DNA of 64,000 bases. It comes from an uncultured Lachnospiraceae bacterium. Its GTDB lineage: Bacteria > Bacillota > Clostridia > Lachnospirales > Lachnospiraceae. The notes under the pieces were generated by a model. That model was not told where the DNA came from and ran no database searches. It worked only from the letters and a program-made list of their open reading frames with translations. The stretch is from positions 3,500 to 67,499 of the forward strand of contig USDK01000002.1 in NCBI GenBank assembly GCA_900553355.1. Direction: 5' to 3'. Positions 31,778-43,181 of the stretch are shown in pieces. The translations under genes and the position numbers were made by a program. Each line of letters starts with the position of its first letter. Position 1 is the first letter of the stretch.

Positions 31778-31879
31778 CTCTTATTCAGAGCAGTGGAGAT
31801 ACAAAGGATCTGTGAAGCTGCGGCAACCCCCGCGATATCGGGAAGGTGCCAACCTGAGCGAGCAATCGAACAATAAGAG
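31778..31879 (+). promoter_or_regulatory. SAM-I (S-box) riboswitch
   Basis: P1 CTCTTATT/AATAAGAG; CAGAG..GTGGAG; GCGGCAACC...GGTGCCAA core; upstream of metK and followed by a terminator. Confidence 0.92.
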
Positions 31880-31898
31880 GATTGGTTTATGAAGATAT

Positions 31899-31929
31899 AA
31901 AGCAGTCCGCTTATGCGGACTGCTTTTTT
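31899..31929 (+). terminator. Riboswitch-controlled terminator
   Basis: AAAGCAGTCCGC-TTAT-GCGGACTGCTTTTTT. Confidence 0.85.
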
Positions 31930-31998
31930 GATGACATGGATCACTCAAACGGGAGAAAGGATGCCGAAAAAGAAAACAGGCAAAGGAGACAAAAAGCT

Positions 31999-33186
31999 AT
32001 GGAGAGACATTTATTTACTTCAGAATCTGTAACAGAAGGCCATCCGGACAAGATGTGCGACCAGATCTCGGATGCGATCCTGGACGCGCTGATGGAGCAG
32101 GATCCCATGAGCCGTGTAGCGTGTGAGACCTGCACGACCACCGGTCTTGTGATGGTCATGGGCGAGATTACCACAAATGCGTATGTAGATATCCAGAAGA
32201 TTGTGCGTGATACAGTCAGGGAGATCGGTTATACAAGAGGAAAATTTGGCTTTGATGCGGATACCTGCGGGGTGATCACAGCCATTGATGAACAGTCTGC
32301 CGACATTGCCCTGGGAGTGGATAAGGCGCTGGAGGCAAAGGAGAGCCAGATGTCAGATGCAGATCTTGATGAGATCGGCGCCGGAGACCAGGGAATGATG
32401 TTCGGCTATGCCTCTGATGAGACGCCGGAATTCATGCCATATCCGATCGCACTGGCGCACAAGCTGGCACGCAGACTAACAGAAGTACGGAAAAACGGAA
32501 CCCTGCCTTATCTGCGCCCGGACGGCAAGACACAGGTGACCGTAGAATATGATGAAAACGGCGTGCCTTTCCGCCTGGATGCAGTGGTGCTTTCCACCCA
32601 GCACAATCCGGAAGTCAGCCAGGAACAGATTCATGAGGATATCAAGAAATATGTATTTGACGCTGTGATCCCGGAAGGGATGACGGATGAAGAAACGAAG
32701 TTCTTTATCAATCCGACCGGCCGATTTGTCATCGGCGGCCCTCACGGAGACAGCGGACTGACAGGACGCAAGCTGATCGTAGATACTTACGGTGGGATGG
32801 CCCGTCACGGCGGCGGAGCATTTTCAGGCAAGGACTGCACCAAGGTAGACCGTTCAGCAGCTTATGCGGCCCGGTATGTGGCAAAGAATATGGTGGCGGC
32901 AGGGCTTGCAAAGAAATGTGAGATCCAGCTGTCATATGCCATCGGAGTAGCTCATCCGACATCCATCATGGTAGACACCTTCGGAACCGGAAAACTTAGC
33001 GACCAGAAGCTGGTAGAAATCATCCGGGAGAACTTCGACCTTCGCCCGGCCGGCATCATCAAGATGCTGGATCTGAGACGGCCGATCTACAAGCAGACAG
33101 CCGCATACGGCCATTTCGGACGGACAGACATCGACCTTCCGTGGGAAAAACTGGACAAAGTAGACGTGCTGAAAAAGTATTTATAA
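31999..33186 (+). CDS. metK: S-adenosylmethionine synthetase
   Basis: [37 protein letters not shown] before ATG at 31999. Confidence 0.98.
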   Translation: MERHLFTSESVTEGHPDKMCDQISDAILDALMEQDPMSRVACETCTTTGLVMVMGEITTNAYVDIQKIVRDTVREIGYTRGKFGFDADTCGVITAIDEQSADIALGVDKALEAKESQMSDADLDEIGAGDQGMMFGYASDETPEFMPYPIALAHKLARRLTEVRKNGTLPYLRPDGKTQVTVEYDENGVPFRLDAVVLSTQHNPEVSQEQIHEDIKKYVFDAVIPEGMTDEETKFFINPTGRFVIGGPHGDSGLTGRKLIVDTYGGMARHGGGAFSGKDCTKVDRSAAYAARYVAKNMVAAGLAKKCEIQLSYAIGVAHPTSIMVDTFGTGKLSDQKLVEIIRENFDLRPAGIIKMLDLRRPIYKQTAAYGHFGRTDIDLPWEKLDKVDVLKKYL

Positions 33187-33205
33187 AAATTTTATAAAAG
33201 TTTAT

Positions 33206-33233
33206 GGGTGCTTTGTTAAGAAGCACCCTTTTT
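33206..33233 (+). terminator. metK terminator
   Basis: GGGTGCTT...AAGCACCCTTTTT. Confidence 0.75.
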
Positions 33234-33264
33234 CATGCTATACTTTTGTCGGAGGATGTAGTCT

Positions 33265-34761
33265 ATGAAGCTGAAGACGAAATTGATCATTGCATTTCTG
33301 ACCGTGCTTTTGCTTCCCATTATTCTGGGAGGAGCTCTGATATTCCTGCTGGGGGTTTATCAGATCAGCACGATTGAAAAAACATATAAACTTACAGGAA
33401 CCACGGTGGAAACGCTTTCAAATTCCATGCAGACGATCTCCAGCCTTACCGAGGAGCCCTATCACCAGCTGGTAAATATGGCGCTGGAAGATCCAGGAGA
33501 AATGAGCGACGCCACGACGCTGGGAGAGTTCAACCAGATCCTGCAGGATAAAAATGCGTATCTTCTGGTCCGGAAGGAGAATACCATTATCTATGTGGGG
33601 ACGGATATGGATTCGGCCGAGAGTGTGATTGCCGAACTCCCTGAATACGGAGGATCTGCGACAACATCAGAAAACGGGATGTATCTTGGAGGAGACGCCC
33701 AGGCTCTGGTAAAGCAGGTGGATTTTGAATTCCCAGATGGGGATGATGGAAGCGCATTTATTGTATCAGATGTCCGCAAGATGATTCCGGAGCTGGAAGA
33801 ATTTCTGGTAGATATTGCGATATGTATCGTTTTCATCCTGATTTTTACGGCGGCACTGCTGGTGTTCTGGATCTACCGTTCCGTCATGCAGCCGCTGCAG
33901 AAGATGCAGATTGCTGCAAAGAATATTAAAGAAGGCAATCTGGATTTTGAGCTGAAGCCCATGGCGGATGACGAGATGGGAAGACTTGCCCAGGATCTGG
34001 AAGAGATGCGGATCCGTCTGAGAGATAATGTGGACGAAAAGCTTCGTTATGATAAAGAAAGCAAGGAGCTGATCAGCAACATTTCCCATGATTTAAAGAC
34101 ACCGGTGACGGCAATCAAGGGCTATGCAGAAGGGATCATGGACGGAGTGGCGGATACGCCGGAGAAGATGCAGAAATACGTGCGGACGATCTACAATAAA
34201 GCAGATGAGATGAATACACTGATCAATGAGCTGACCTTTTATTCAAAGATTGATACCAACCGTATTCCTTACAATTTCAATACCCTGTCCGTCAACGATT
34301 ACTTTGAGGACTGTGCGGAGGATCTGTCCCTGGAGCTGGAAGCAAAAAATGTGGAGTTTGGATATTTTAATTATGTGGAAAAAGATGTGAAAGTCATTGC
34401 CGACGCGGAGCAGATCAAGAGAGTGATCCACAATATCGTCAATAATTCACTGAAATATATGGATAAGCCAAAGGCGAAGATCAATCTGCGGGTCAAAGAT
34501 GTGGGAGACTTTGTACAGGTAGAGCTGGAAGATAACGGAAAAGGGATCGCGGCCAAAGATCTGCCGAATATTTTTGACCGGTTTTACCGCACCGACGCAT
34601 CCAGGAATTCATCCAAAGGTGGGAGCGGTATTGGTCTGTCGATCGTAAAGAAGATCATAGAAGAGCATGGTGGAAAGATCTGGGCGACCAGCCGTGAAGA
34701 GACGGGAACGACCATGTATTTTGTTCTGAGAAAATATCAGGAGGTGCCGATTTATGAGTAA
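33265..34761 (+). CDS. HAMP-domain sensor histidine kinase
   Basis: SHDLKTP H-box, N-box, DNGKGI, GSGIGL. Confidence 0.95.
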   Translation: MKLKTKLIIAFLTVLLLPIILGGALIFLLGVYQISTIEKTYKLTGTTVETLSNSMQTISSLTEEPYHQLVNMALEDPGEMSDATTLGEFNQILQDKNAYLLVRKENTIIYVGTDMDSAESVIAELPEYGGSATTSENGMYLGGDAQALVKQVDFEFPDGDDGSAFIVSDVRKMIPELEEFLVDIAICIVFILIFTAALLVFWIYRSVMQPLQKMQIAAKNIKEGNLDFELKPMADDEMGRLAQDLEEMRIRLRDNVDEKLRYDKESKELISNISHDLKTPVTAIKGYAEGIMDGVADTPEKMQKYVRTIYNKADEMNTLINELTFYSKIDTNRIPYNFNTLSVNDYFEDCAEDLSLELEAKNVEFGYFNYVEKDVKVIADAEQIKRVIHNIVNNSLKYMDKPKAKINLRVKDVGDFVQVELEDNGKGIAAKDLPNIFDRFYRTDASRNSSKGGSGIGLSIVKKIIEEHGGKIWATSREETGTTMYFVLRKYQEVPIYE

Positions 34762-35443
34762 AATATTGATTGTAGAAGATGAAGAAGCCATCGCTGATCT
34801 GGAGAAGGATTATCTGGAGCTGAGCGGGTTTGAGGTAGAGGTAGCCACGGATGGAGAAACCGGGCTTTCAAGAGCGATGGAAGAAGATTTCGACCTGTAT
34901 ATTCTTGATCTGATGCTTCCGGGGATTGACGGCTTTGATATCTGCCGGCAGATCAGGGAGAAAAAAAATACGCCGATCATTATGGTCTCGGCCAAAAAGG
35001 ATGATATTGACAAGATCCGTGGACTGGGTCTTGGGGCAGACGATTATATGACCAAGCCTTTCAGTCCCAGTGAGCTGGTGGCCCGTGTGAAGGCCCATCT
35101 TGCCAGATATGACCGCCTGACAGGCAGCGCCATGGAGGCGAACAAGATCATCGAGATCCGTGGATTAAAGATTGATACGACAGCCCGGAGAGTCTGGGTC
35201 AACGGTGAAGAAAAGACCTTTACCACAAAGGAGTTTGATCTTTTGACCTTCCTGGCCAGTCATCCGAACCATGTGTATACTAAAGAAGAGTTGTTCCGGG
35301 AAATCTGGGATATGGAATCCATCGGTGATATCGCTACCGTGACAGTGCATATCAAGAAGATCCGGGAAAAGGTGGAGATGGATACCTCGAATCCTCAGTA
35401 TATTGAGACAATCTGGGGGGTCGGGTACCGGTTTAAGGTGTAG
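34754..35443 (+). CDS. OmpR-family response regulator
   Basis: VEDE, LDLMLPG, GADDY.TKPF, IETIWGVGYRF. Confidence 0.95.
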   Translation: MSKILIVEDEEAIADLEKDYLELSGFEVEVATDGETGLSRAMEEDFDLYILDLMLPGIDGFDICRQIREKKNTPIIMVSAKKDDIDKIRGLGLGADDYMTKPFSPSELVARVKAHLARYDRLTGSAMEANKIIEIRGLKIDTTARRVWVNGEEKTFTTKEFDLLTFLASHPNHVYTKEELFREIWDMESIGDIATVTVHIKKIREKVEMDTSNPQYIETIWGVGYRFKV

Positions 35444-35451
35444 GTGATGAA

Positions 35452-36030
35452 ATGGGGTATACCAGAAAAGGCGAAATGAGAAAGCTGATTTCGGATACTT
35501 TTTTAGAACTGATAAAGACCCGGGATGTGGATAAGATCACCGTTACCATGCTGATCGGCGAATGTCATATCTCCAGACAGACATTCTATTATCATTTCCA
35601 GGATATGGATGAGGTAATGGAATGGACAGTACAGCAAAAAGGGAAGGAACTGCTGGAAAAAAGCGTGGAGGCAGATGAACTGGAAGAAGCGCTGGAAATT
35701 TTCATTTCTTTTTTCAGAGAAAATTCTTCTCAACTGAAAAGGTTTATGGTATCAAAAAAATGGAACGGGATCGATAAAATTCTGGTTGATGCCATGACGC
35801 AGTATCTGAAACGGCTGATTGAGAGATATAAGACACCGGATGTAAAAATCGATTATGAGGATATGGAAGTCATGCTCAGATTCTATGCCTGTGGAATGAC
35901 GGGAGTGCTGATGTATTATTCGGACAAGGGTCCGTCAGCCCGGGCGAAGCTGACGGATCAGATCAAGAGGATTCTGACAGGACAGATGGTCCCCGGGAGA
36001 AAAGAAATGGCAGCAGAAGATGAGTGGTAA
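35452..36030 (+). CDS. TetR/AcrR-family regulator
   Basis: ITV..L...C.ISRQTFYYHF HTH. Confidence 0.85.
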   Translation: MGYTRKGEMRKLISDTFLELIKTRDVDKITVTMLIGECHISRQTFYYHFQDMDEVMEWTVQQKGKELLEKSVEADELEEALEIFISFFRENSSQLKRFMVSKKWNGIDKILVDAMTQYLKRLIERYKTPDVKIDYEDMEVMLRFYACGMTGVLMYYSDKGPSARAKLTDQIKRILTGQMVPGRKEMAAEDEW

Positions 36031-36034
36031 GATT

Positions 36035-36871
36035 CTATAGTTCTGAAACGCCGCTGATGCGGTGGGTCAGCTGCATATAGTGTTTATACAGGATGCCGAA
36101 TCTATGGATATACCCGGCGTGCCATGGCTTTGATTTCCCACAGAAGTGCAGGATGGAAGTGTTTTTCATGACCCAGTCCATATTGCAGACGCCGGAGCTT
36201 CGCAGAAGATAGTTGTTGTAATTTCTGGCATCATAATTCCAGACGGCATCATCTACTTCCAGGATCTGGCTGCCATAGAGACAGTTCAGGATGTCCTGAT
36301 CGGGAAGAAGAAGTTCCTTGCTGTGCTCCTCCGCGAAGGTGAAAAGAGCCTCGGGGTGAATGAACCTCCGCCCTTTATCCAGATCCATCAAAAGAACGCC
36401 GGAATTAAAATAATTGTGGTCGGTTCCCAGGCGGAGCTGATTGATACTGTTAGCCAGATCCGTTTTCCCTGTATGAGAAGCCGCGGCAAAGACATGGTCG
36501 TTCAGATCCAGGTTCCAGAGAGGGCGCAGCGGATTGATCACCAGAATATCCGGATCCAGATACAGGATACGATGAAGCTGTCCAGGAAGGAGATGCGGCG
36601 CCAGCAGGCGATAGTACATTTCCCGGGGATAGGTTCTGGTAACCGGCGCCTCCTGGAATGCAGACGGAGGAATCTGGATCGGGAAAAAATGAAATCCCAG
36701 GATTTTGCACTGTCTGTCGACAAGTGACAGATTCTCTTCCGGAATCCTGCTGTGAAGAAGATACAGATCCACAGGATCGTCCGTCTGGTTTACATAGATG
36801 GAAGTGAGCAGTACCTGCAGTCTTGGAAGGTAGGTCTGGTCAAGGGTGGTAAGTAATTGGATTGTGCTCAT
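36035..36871 (-). CDS. Glycosyltransferase family 8
   Basis: YYRLL, LYLDPD, FNSGVLL, DQDILN, HFCGKSKPW. Confidence 0.92.
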   Translation of the reverse strand: MSTIQLLTTLDQTYLPRLQVLLTSIYVNQTDDPVDLYLLHSRIPEENLSLVDRQCKILGFHFFPIQIPPSAFQEAPVTRTYPREMYYRLLAPHLLPGQLHRILYLDPDILVINPLRPLWNLDLNDHVFAAASHTGKTDLANSINQLRLGTDHNYFNSGVLLMDLDKGRRFIHPEALFTFAEEHSKELLLPDQDILNCLYGSQILEVDDAVWNYDARNYNNYLLRSSGVCNMDWVMKNTSILHFCGKSKPWHAGYIHRFGILYKHYMQLTHRISGVSEL

Positions 36872-37084
36872 AAATCAACCTCTTTCCTTTTTGTCGCTGT
36901 CGGCATGTGCCGACACTTCTATAAATATAGTAACGGGATAAAAAGTATCTGGCTACTGATAATGTTTTTAAGATGTCCTTACAAAACAGAGAATATGTAA
37001 GGACATTTTTAATAAATTGATACTCGTTTTTTTTCAGAATATTTAATATCATAAAAACAGTAATAACGAAAGAGAGGAATTACG

Positions 37085-38902
37085 ATGCAGGAAATTAAGA
37101 GACCCAGAAAACCTATTATTTCTTATTATGCGATTGTTCTTATTATTTTATTGATGTTTAACTTCCTTGTAATGCCCTGGGCGGCTGAGCGCCAGGTAAA
37201 GGAAGTGGGATATGAAAAATTTATCAAGATGACGGAAGATAAGAACATCGGCCAGGTAGAGATCCAGCAGGAAGAAAATGAGATCGTTTTTACAGATAAG
37301 GATGAAAAGACAGTCTATAAGACCGGCATGGTAGAGGATCCTGATCTGACGAAGCGGCTGTATAAGTCAGGGGCAGAGTTCTCCGGACAGATCATCCAGC
37401 AGACGTCGCCTGTGGTGAGTGCGATCTTGTCCTGGGTACTGCCGATCGTGATCTTTATCGCCATTGGACAGTATATGTCCAGAAAACTGATGAATAAGGC
37501 CAGCGGCGGTCCCAATTCCATGATCTTTGGTATGGGAAAGAGCAACGCCAAGGTATATGTCAAATCTTCAGACGGAATCCGGTTTTCGGATGTTGCCGGG
37601 GAAGATGAGGCAAAGGAAAATCTTTCGGAAATCGTAGAGTATCTGCATAATCCTTCCAAATATCAGGAGGTGGGAGCATCTATGCCCAAAGGTGTTCTGT
37701 TAGTCGGACCTCCGGGAACCGGAAAGACCATGCTGGCAAAGGCAGTGGCAGGAGAGGCAAACGTACCGTTTTTCTCCATGTCAGGTTCAGAATTTGTAGA
37801 AATGTTTGTAGGTATGGGTGCATCGAAAGTGCGGGACCTTTTTAAGCAGGCAAAGGAAAAAGCCCCGTGTATCGTATTTATCGATGAGATCGACGCCATC
37901 GGCCAGAAGCGTGATGGCCGGGTAGGAGGCAATGACGAGCGCGAGCAGACGCTGAACCAGCTTCTGACAGAGATGGACGGCTTTGAGACGAATAACGGAG
38001 TAATTATCCTGGCAGCTACCAACCGTCCGGAATCCCTGGATCCGGCGCTGACAAGACCAGGGCGCTTTGACCGGAGAGTACCGGTAGAGCTGCCGGATCT
38101 GAAGGGCAGAGAAGAGATCCTTAAGGTCCATGCAAAGAAGGTAAAGCTGGACGAAAGCGTAGATTTCAAGCAGATTGCACGGATGGCGTCCGGCGCATCA
38201 GGAGCCGAGCTTGCCAACATCATCAATGAAGCGGCACTCCGGGCTGTCAGAGAGGGGAGAAAAGTAGTGACCCAGGCAGACCTTGAAGAGAGTATAGAAG
38301 TCGTGATTGCAGGCTATCAGAAGAAAAATGCGATCCTGACAGATCAGGAGAAGAAAGTCGTGGCTTACCATGAGATCGGCCATGCACTGGTAGCGGCAAA
38401 ACAGACGCATTCAGCGCCGGTACAGAAGATAACCATTGTACCGCGGACATCGGGAGCGCTTGGATATACCATGCAGGTAGAAGAGGGAAATCATTATCTG
38501 ATGAGTCAGGAGGAACTGGAAAATAAAATCGCCACCCTGGCAGGCGGCCGGGCGGCGGAAGAGCTGGTTTTCCATTCTGCGTCTACAGGAGCTTCCAATG
38601 ATATCGAACAGGCAACGAAACTGGCAAGAGCGATGATCACCAGGTATGGCATGAGCAAAGACTTTGACATGGTAGCCATGGAGACGGTAAATAACCAGTA
38701 TCTGGGCGGAGATACTTCCCTTAGCTGTTCTGCCGAGACGCAGGCGGAGATCGACCGCCAGGTAGTGGCACTGGTCAGACAGCAGCATGAAAAGGCCGCA
38801 AAGATCCTGGAAGACAACAGAGCAAAGCTGGACGAGCTGGCAGAGTACCTGTATGATAAAGAGACGATTACCGGCGAGGAATTTATGGAGATACTGGGGT
38901 AA
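37085..38902 (+). CDS. ftsH: ATP-dependent zinc metalloprotease FtsH
   Basis: Two TM segments, [27 protein letters not shown]. Confidence 0.96.
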   Translation: MQEIKRPRKPIISYYAIVLIILLMFNFLVMPWAAERQVKEVGYEKFIKMTEDKNIGQVEIQQEENEIVFTDKDEKTVYKTGMVEDPDLTKRLYKSGAEFSGQIIQQTSPVVSAILSWVLPIVIFIAIGQYMSRKLMNKASGGPNSMIFGMGKSNAKVYVKSSDGIRFSDVAGEDEAKENLSEIVEYLHNPSKYQEVGASMPKGVLLVGPPGTGKTMLAKAVAGEANVPFFSMSGSEFVEMFVGMGASKVRDLFKQAKEKAPCIVFIDEIDAIGQKRDGRVGGNDEREQTLNQLLTEMDGFETNNGVIILAATNRPESLDPALTRPGRFDRRVPVELPDLKGREEILKVHAKKVKLDESVDFKQIARMASGASGAELANIINEAALRAVREGRKVVTQADLEESIEVVIAGYQKKNAILTDQEKKVVAYHEIGHALVAAKQTHSAPVQKITIVPRTSGALGYTMQVEEGNHYLMSQEELENKIATLAGGRAAEELVFHSASTGASNDIEQATKLARAMITRYGMSKDFDMVAMETVNNQYLGGDTSLSCSAETQAEIDRQVVALVRQQHEKAAKILEDNRAKLDELAEYLYDKETITGEEFMEILG

Positions 38903-38918
38903 CCCCGGTATCTCTTTT

Positions 38919-39419
38919 CTATTTCAGCCCCAGCCGTTCGCGGATATAGCTTCCGATGCTGGATGTGCTGATCTTCAATGAGAAGGAAAATTCCTGGTCA
39001 ATGATGGATTCCGCTTTTTTAAGGACCTGGGCATCTGTATTGGAAAGATCTTTTTCCGTCTCGGTAGACTTGAGGTAGAGACAGCTGATGAGCAGCAGCA
39101 GCTCACGCTCATCGCGGGTACGAAGGATTTCCTGGAACTGGGCAGAACGCTGCTTTCGGTCGCTGATCCACAGAAGATTCTGATCTTTCACGCTTAAGAT
39201 GATCTGATCGATCTCTTCCGGAGAAAGGACCGGACGCATCCGTTCCATCAGAACAGGGTTATCGGCAGGCACAAAGAGACTGCTGGTATCCCGGGCGATC
39301 GGCTTTAGTACATAGTAGTCGTGTCCGCTGGCACAGGAATCAAACTTTATAAAGCGCAGATCTTCTATCTTACAGATTCCATGAGTACTGTAGTTTACAT
39401 AATCATTCACACGGGGCAT
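38919..39419 (-). CDS. CarD-family transcriptional regulator
   Basis: V.Y..HGICKI, YYVLKP, MRPVLS.EEI; AAGGAGG RBS. Confidence 0.82.
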   Translation of the reverse strand: MPRVNDYVNYSTHGICKIEDLRFIKFDSCASGHDYYVLKPIARDTSSLFVPADNPVLMERMRPVLSPEEIDQIILSVKDQNLLWISDRKQRSAQFQEILRTRDERELLLLISCLYLKSTETEKDLSNTDAQVLKKAESIIDQEFSFSLKISTSSIGSYIRERLGLK

Positions 39420-39545
39420 ATAATCTCCTCCTTTTGTCCGTGGGCATAGTTCCTCTATTCTTAATTATACCAAAAATAATCCGCCCGTTTCAAAAGTCCT
39501 TTTTGCCAAAAATTTGAGGAGAAAACATTGGTAGAAATGCCCAAT

Positions 39546-40577
39546 CTATCCGGTGACAGCCGTGACATCCACCAGATCGTAGCCATAATCCTGTTTGATT
39601 TTATCGCCGTAAAAAATGTCTACAGAGGTTCCGATATCAAAGATGGTATCTTTCTGAGATTCGGGGAGGGGCGCTTTATAGAGCATATTGTCGTCTGTGA
39701 TGGAAATGACGCCGTCCTCCTGGTATACCACGGAGCCGGAGACATACTGGAGATCATCAAGAAGATCCTTGCGGACCATCAAGGTAATGCCGGCCGCCGC
39801 ACTTTTCAGCGTCAGAGACTCAATATCCTGCCAGCCATCCAGGTCAAGAGCATAAGCATACGAGCCTTTGTTTTCACTGCTCTGAGAGCATACAGGAGGG
39901 AATATGATGTCGTGTTCAGCTGCTGTCTGGGGCTCCACACGATTGTTAAGCGCTACAGTAACGGTATCCGAAGAAGTCTTCAGACTGAGGGAACCCACAG
40001 ACTGAAAGTCGGGACGCGAAAAAGAGGGATCGGAAAGATCAAGACAGACTCCCGAAGACGAGATGCGGGCAAGGGCATTGCCGTCCACAGTGCCAAATTC
40101 TGCAAGACTGGAGTCGTTTTTCAAAGCGCATTTGATCCGTGCCACAACATTTTCCTCAGAATTTTCTGAGATTACGATCTCGATATCCTGGGAAGGAGAC
40201 GGATTATCCACGGTGGTGAAGTATACCCTTAATTCTTGGTGGTCATGCAGGCTGTCTGTTTCGCAGACAGCGCCTGGGAGCTGATGGTCTCCACGGTATA
40301 CGCGCAGAAGGTACCGGCCGTCGACAATCTTTTTATCGCCGTTTTTGGTGACATCGTCGGAGGTGACAAACATTTTCTGATAGCCGGAACCTGTTGTTTC
40401 GATACGTAACGCAATGGAGCCTGTTTTGGTGCCGCCGCAGTAAGTGCCGCCGGAAGTGGACAGAAGATAGCCGTCAACTTTTTCTCCCGTTGCCGGAGTC
40501 TGAAGCTTTACATAGCAGACGATCCCGAGAACCAGGATCAGAATTCCCAGTATTGTCCCCAGCATTTTTTTTAACAT
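39546..40577 (-). CDS. Hypothetical N-terminally anchored extracellular protein
   Basis: MLKK plus a hydrophobic helix; GAGGGGGG RBS; no family recognised. Confidence 0.65.
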   Translation of the reverse strand: MLKKMLGTILGILILVLGIVCYVKLQTPATGEKVDGYLLSTSGGTYCGGTKTGSIALRIETTGSGYQKMFVTSDDVTKNGDKKIVDGRYLLRVYRGDHQLPGAVCETDSLHDHQELRVYFTTVDNPSPSQDIEIVISENSEENVVARIKCALKNDSSLAEFGTVDGNALARISSSGVCLDLSDPSFSRPDFQSVGSLSLKTSSDTVTVALNNRVEPQTAAEHDIIFPPVCSQSSENKGSYAYALDLDGWQDIESLTLKSAAAGITLMVRKDLLDDLQYVSGSVVYQEDGVISITDDNMLYKAPLPESQKDTIFDIGTSVDIFYGDKIKQDYGYDLVDVTAVTG

Positions 40578-40730
40578 AATGAAAGCCCCCCTCAGGAAAA
40601 GCAGATACACTGCCCCATATTTTATATAAAGTATAGAGGGAAAATAGTTTCCAGTCAATATAAAGAAAAGAAGTGAAATTTTTTGACAAAAAGGCCGGTG
40701 CTCTGAGACGCCGGCCTTAAAAAGATTGTA

Positions 40731-42053
40731 TTACTCTGTAGTAGAGAACCGTATTTCTGAAGAAGCATTGCTGTGAAAAGTATTTTTCAGGTCGTAAACG
40801 ATATTGCTGAGCACATACTCTCCATTGTTAATATATATTTCGATCAGATTAGGATCGACCAGGATTTCAAGATGGCAGCCTTCCTGCAGTTCAGGGGTCC
40901 TGGATATCAGATGAGCACCTTCAAAATCCGGAAAGACGTTTGTCCGGTCTGTGATGAGGCAGTCTCCCTCACGCCAGAGCCTGAAGCCGCCGATTTCAGC
41001 GTACTCTCCGTCTTTCAGATCAAATTCTGCCATATAGCCGTCTTCAGACGCCTCTGCCACATCAGAAATGTCTTTCCGATAGGCATCACGGATATTCGGG
41101 TGCATCCGGAAAAAGATATGATTGTTTTCCACTTCCACGACACGAGGGGAGCAGAACATTCCAATCCAGCCTTCTTTTGTAACCTTTGGCATCCGGATCC
41201 ATGCAGACAGGACGCGCCGGCCCTCTTTGTCAACCGTAGTCTGAGGAGCATAGAGATCCAGGCCGTAATCCAGGTACTGGTATGTATCAGGGATCTGGAT
41301 CGTACAGGTGTCTTCATCATAGTCAACGGTAAAGCAGATGGAATGATTTTTCTCTTTTTCGTTGTTCTTTAACAGGTGCATGGCAGAAATCAGCAGAACC
41401 TTTCCGCCTGAAGTTTCAAAATAGTCCGGACATTCCCACATCCAGCCATAGTCGGAGTTTTTCTCGGCACGGTTCATGTAGTGCCAGGTATGCAGGTCTT
41501 CGCTGCGGTAGAAAAGGACTTCTCCGTGATCGCGGCGAATGGTGCTGCCCAGGATGATATACCAGGCGTCTTTTCCACGCCAGATCTTCGGGTCTCTGGT
41601 ATGAGTCCTGTCACCCAGCAGGGGATCTGTAACCGGAGGGATGATAACTTCTTTATGCCTCTGGTTATCAAAATGAAATCCATCATCCGAGGCGATCATC
41701 AGCTGTGCGGATTCAAACTGATCGTTCAGGCAGGTGTGCGGATCATGGGGATTGATCTCTTCATAGCGGACTCCGGTGTAGACGAGATAAAGCTTTCCGT
41801 CTTCCTCGATAGCGCTTCCGGAAAAACATCCGTTTTGATCCTCCTTGATCGTGGGAAAGAGAGCCAGGTCCTTATGTTCCCAGGAAACCAGATCTTTGCT
41901 GACTGCATGCCCCCAGTGCATGGTCCCCCAGCGGGGACCATAGGGGAAATATTGATAGAAGAGGTGATAATACCCTTTGTAGTAGATAAATCCATTTGGG
42001 TCGTTGACCCAGTTGTCAGGTGCCTTTAAGTGCAGGTTTTGATGTCTCTTCAT
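40731..42053 (-). CDS. GH32 beta-fructofuranosidase
   Basis: WVNDPNG, FSGS, RDP, WECP catalytic motifs; no signal peptide. Confidence 0.95.
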   Translation of the reverse strand: MKRHQNLHLKAPDNWVNDPNGFIYYKGYYHLFYQYFPYGPRWGTMHWGHAVSKDLVSWEHKDLALFPTIKEDQNGCFSGSAIEEDGKLYLVYTGVRYEEINPHDPHTCLNDQFESAQLMIASDDGFHFDNQRHKEVIIPPVTDPLLGDRTHTRDPKIWRGKDAWYIILGSTIRRDHGEVLFYRSEDLHTWHYMNRAEKNSDYGWMWECPDYFETSGGKVLLISAMHLLKNNEKEKNHSICFTVDYDEDTCTIQIPDTYQYLDYGLDLYAPQTTVDKEGRRVLSAWIRMPKVTKEGWIGMFCSPRVVEVENNHIFFRMHPNIRDAYRKDISDVAEASEDGYMAEFDLKDGEYAEIGGFRLWREGDCLITDRTNVFPDFEGAHLISRTPELQEGCHLEILVDPNLIEIYINNGEYVLSNIVYDLKNTFHSNASSEIRFSTTE

Positions 42054-42076
42054 ATTGCCTCCATCTTTTAAATATT

Positions 42077-43177
42077 TTATTCTTCCATATAATTGACGCC
42101 TGTTTCTTTGTCAAAGAAATGAATTTTTGACGGCATAAATATGAAATCTATTGTATCGCCGATCCTGCAGATCTCATCCTTTGATACGCGGGCAACAGCC
42201 TGGGCGCCGCCAAATTCAAAGTATAAATTGTTTTCATTTCCCATTACTTCTGTATCAGAAATGGTGGCCTGTAATTTATCGCCGTCATGCTGGCTGAGTG
42301 TATAGGCATCTGTCTTGATATCTTCACCCCGGATGCCAAGAACCATGTCGCCGCTGCGTCCGTTTAAGGAACTCATTGTTTCCTCAGGAAGTGTCAGAAC
42401 GCTTCCGTTGCTGAATTTCACAGTATTTCCGTCTACCGTAACATCAAAGAAGTTCATCTGCGGAGAACCGATAAAGCCTGCGACAAAGAGATTCTTCGGG
42501 TGGTCATAAAGCTCCATTGGCTTCCCGACCTGCTGGATCACGCCCTCTTTCATGATGACGATCCGGTCTGCCATAGTCATGGCTTCTACCTGATCATGAG
42601 TGACATAGATGGTGGTAGCTCCCAGTTCTCTGTGCAGCTTGCTGATCTCTGTTCTCATGCTGACACGAAGCTTTGCATCCAGGTTCGACAGTGGTTCGTC
42701 CATAAGGAAAACCTTCTGGTTTTTCACGATCGCACGTCCCAGGGCGACTCTCTGGCGCTGACCTCCGGAGAGGTTTTTAGGCTTCCGGTAACGGAATTCT
42801 TCCAGACCAAGGATATCGATGGCCCAGTCGACTTTTTTCTTGATCTCATCAGCCGGGATATGCATGTTCTTAAGACCGTAGCTGATATTTTTTTCAACGG
42901 TCATATGCGGATACAGTGCATAGTTCTGGAATACCATTGCAATGCCCCTGTCTTTTGGAGCGACTTCATTGACTTTCTTGCCGTCGATATAGAGTTCGCC
43001 GCCTGTGATCTCTTCAAATCCGGCGATCATGCGCAGTGTAGTTGATTTCCCGCACCCGGAAGGGCCGACAAAAGCAATAAATTCTTTTTCTTCAATATTG
43101 AGATTAAAGTTGTCTACTGTGTTGCTGTCTGATCCGGGATATCTTTTACATATATTTTTAAATTCAATAAAACTCAT
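42077..43177 (-). CDS. Sugar ABC transporter ATP-binding protein (MsmK/MalK-like)
   Basis: GPSGCGKS, LSGGQRQR, DEPLSNLD. Confidence 0.95.
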   Translation of the reverse strand: MSFIEFKNICKRYPGSDSNTVDNFNLNIEEKEFIAFVGPSGCGKSTTLRMIAGFEEITGGELYIDGKKVNEVAPKDRGIAMVFQNYALYPHMTVEKNISYGLKNMHIPADEIKKKVDWAIDILGLEEFRYRKPKNLSGGQRQRVALGRAIVKNQKVFLMDEPLSNLDAKLRVSMRTEISKLHRELGATTIYVTHDQVEAMTMADRIVIMKEGVIQQVGKPMELYDHPKNLFVAGFIGSPQMNFFDVTVDGNTVKFSNGSVLTLPEETMSSLNGRSGDMVLGIRGEDIKTDAYTLSQHDGDKLQATISDTEVMGNENNLYFEFGGAQAVARVSKDEICRIGDTIDFIFMPSKIHFFDKETGVNYMEE

Positions 43178-43181
43178 CTTT

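Noticed and set aside
31882..31998. N-terminal extension of metK
   Set aside because: Runs through the riboswitch terminator; the conserved MetK start follows AAGGAG at 31999
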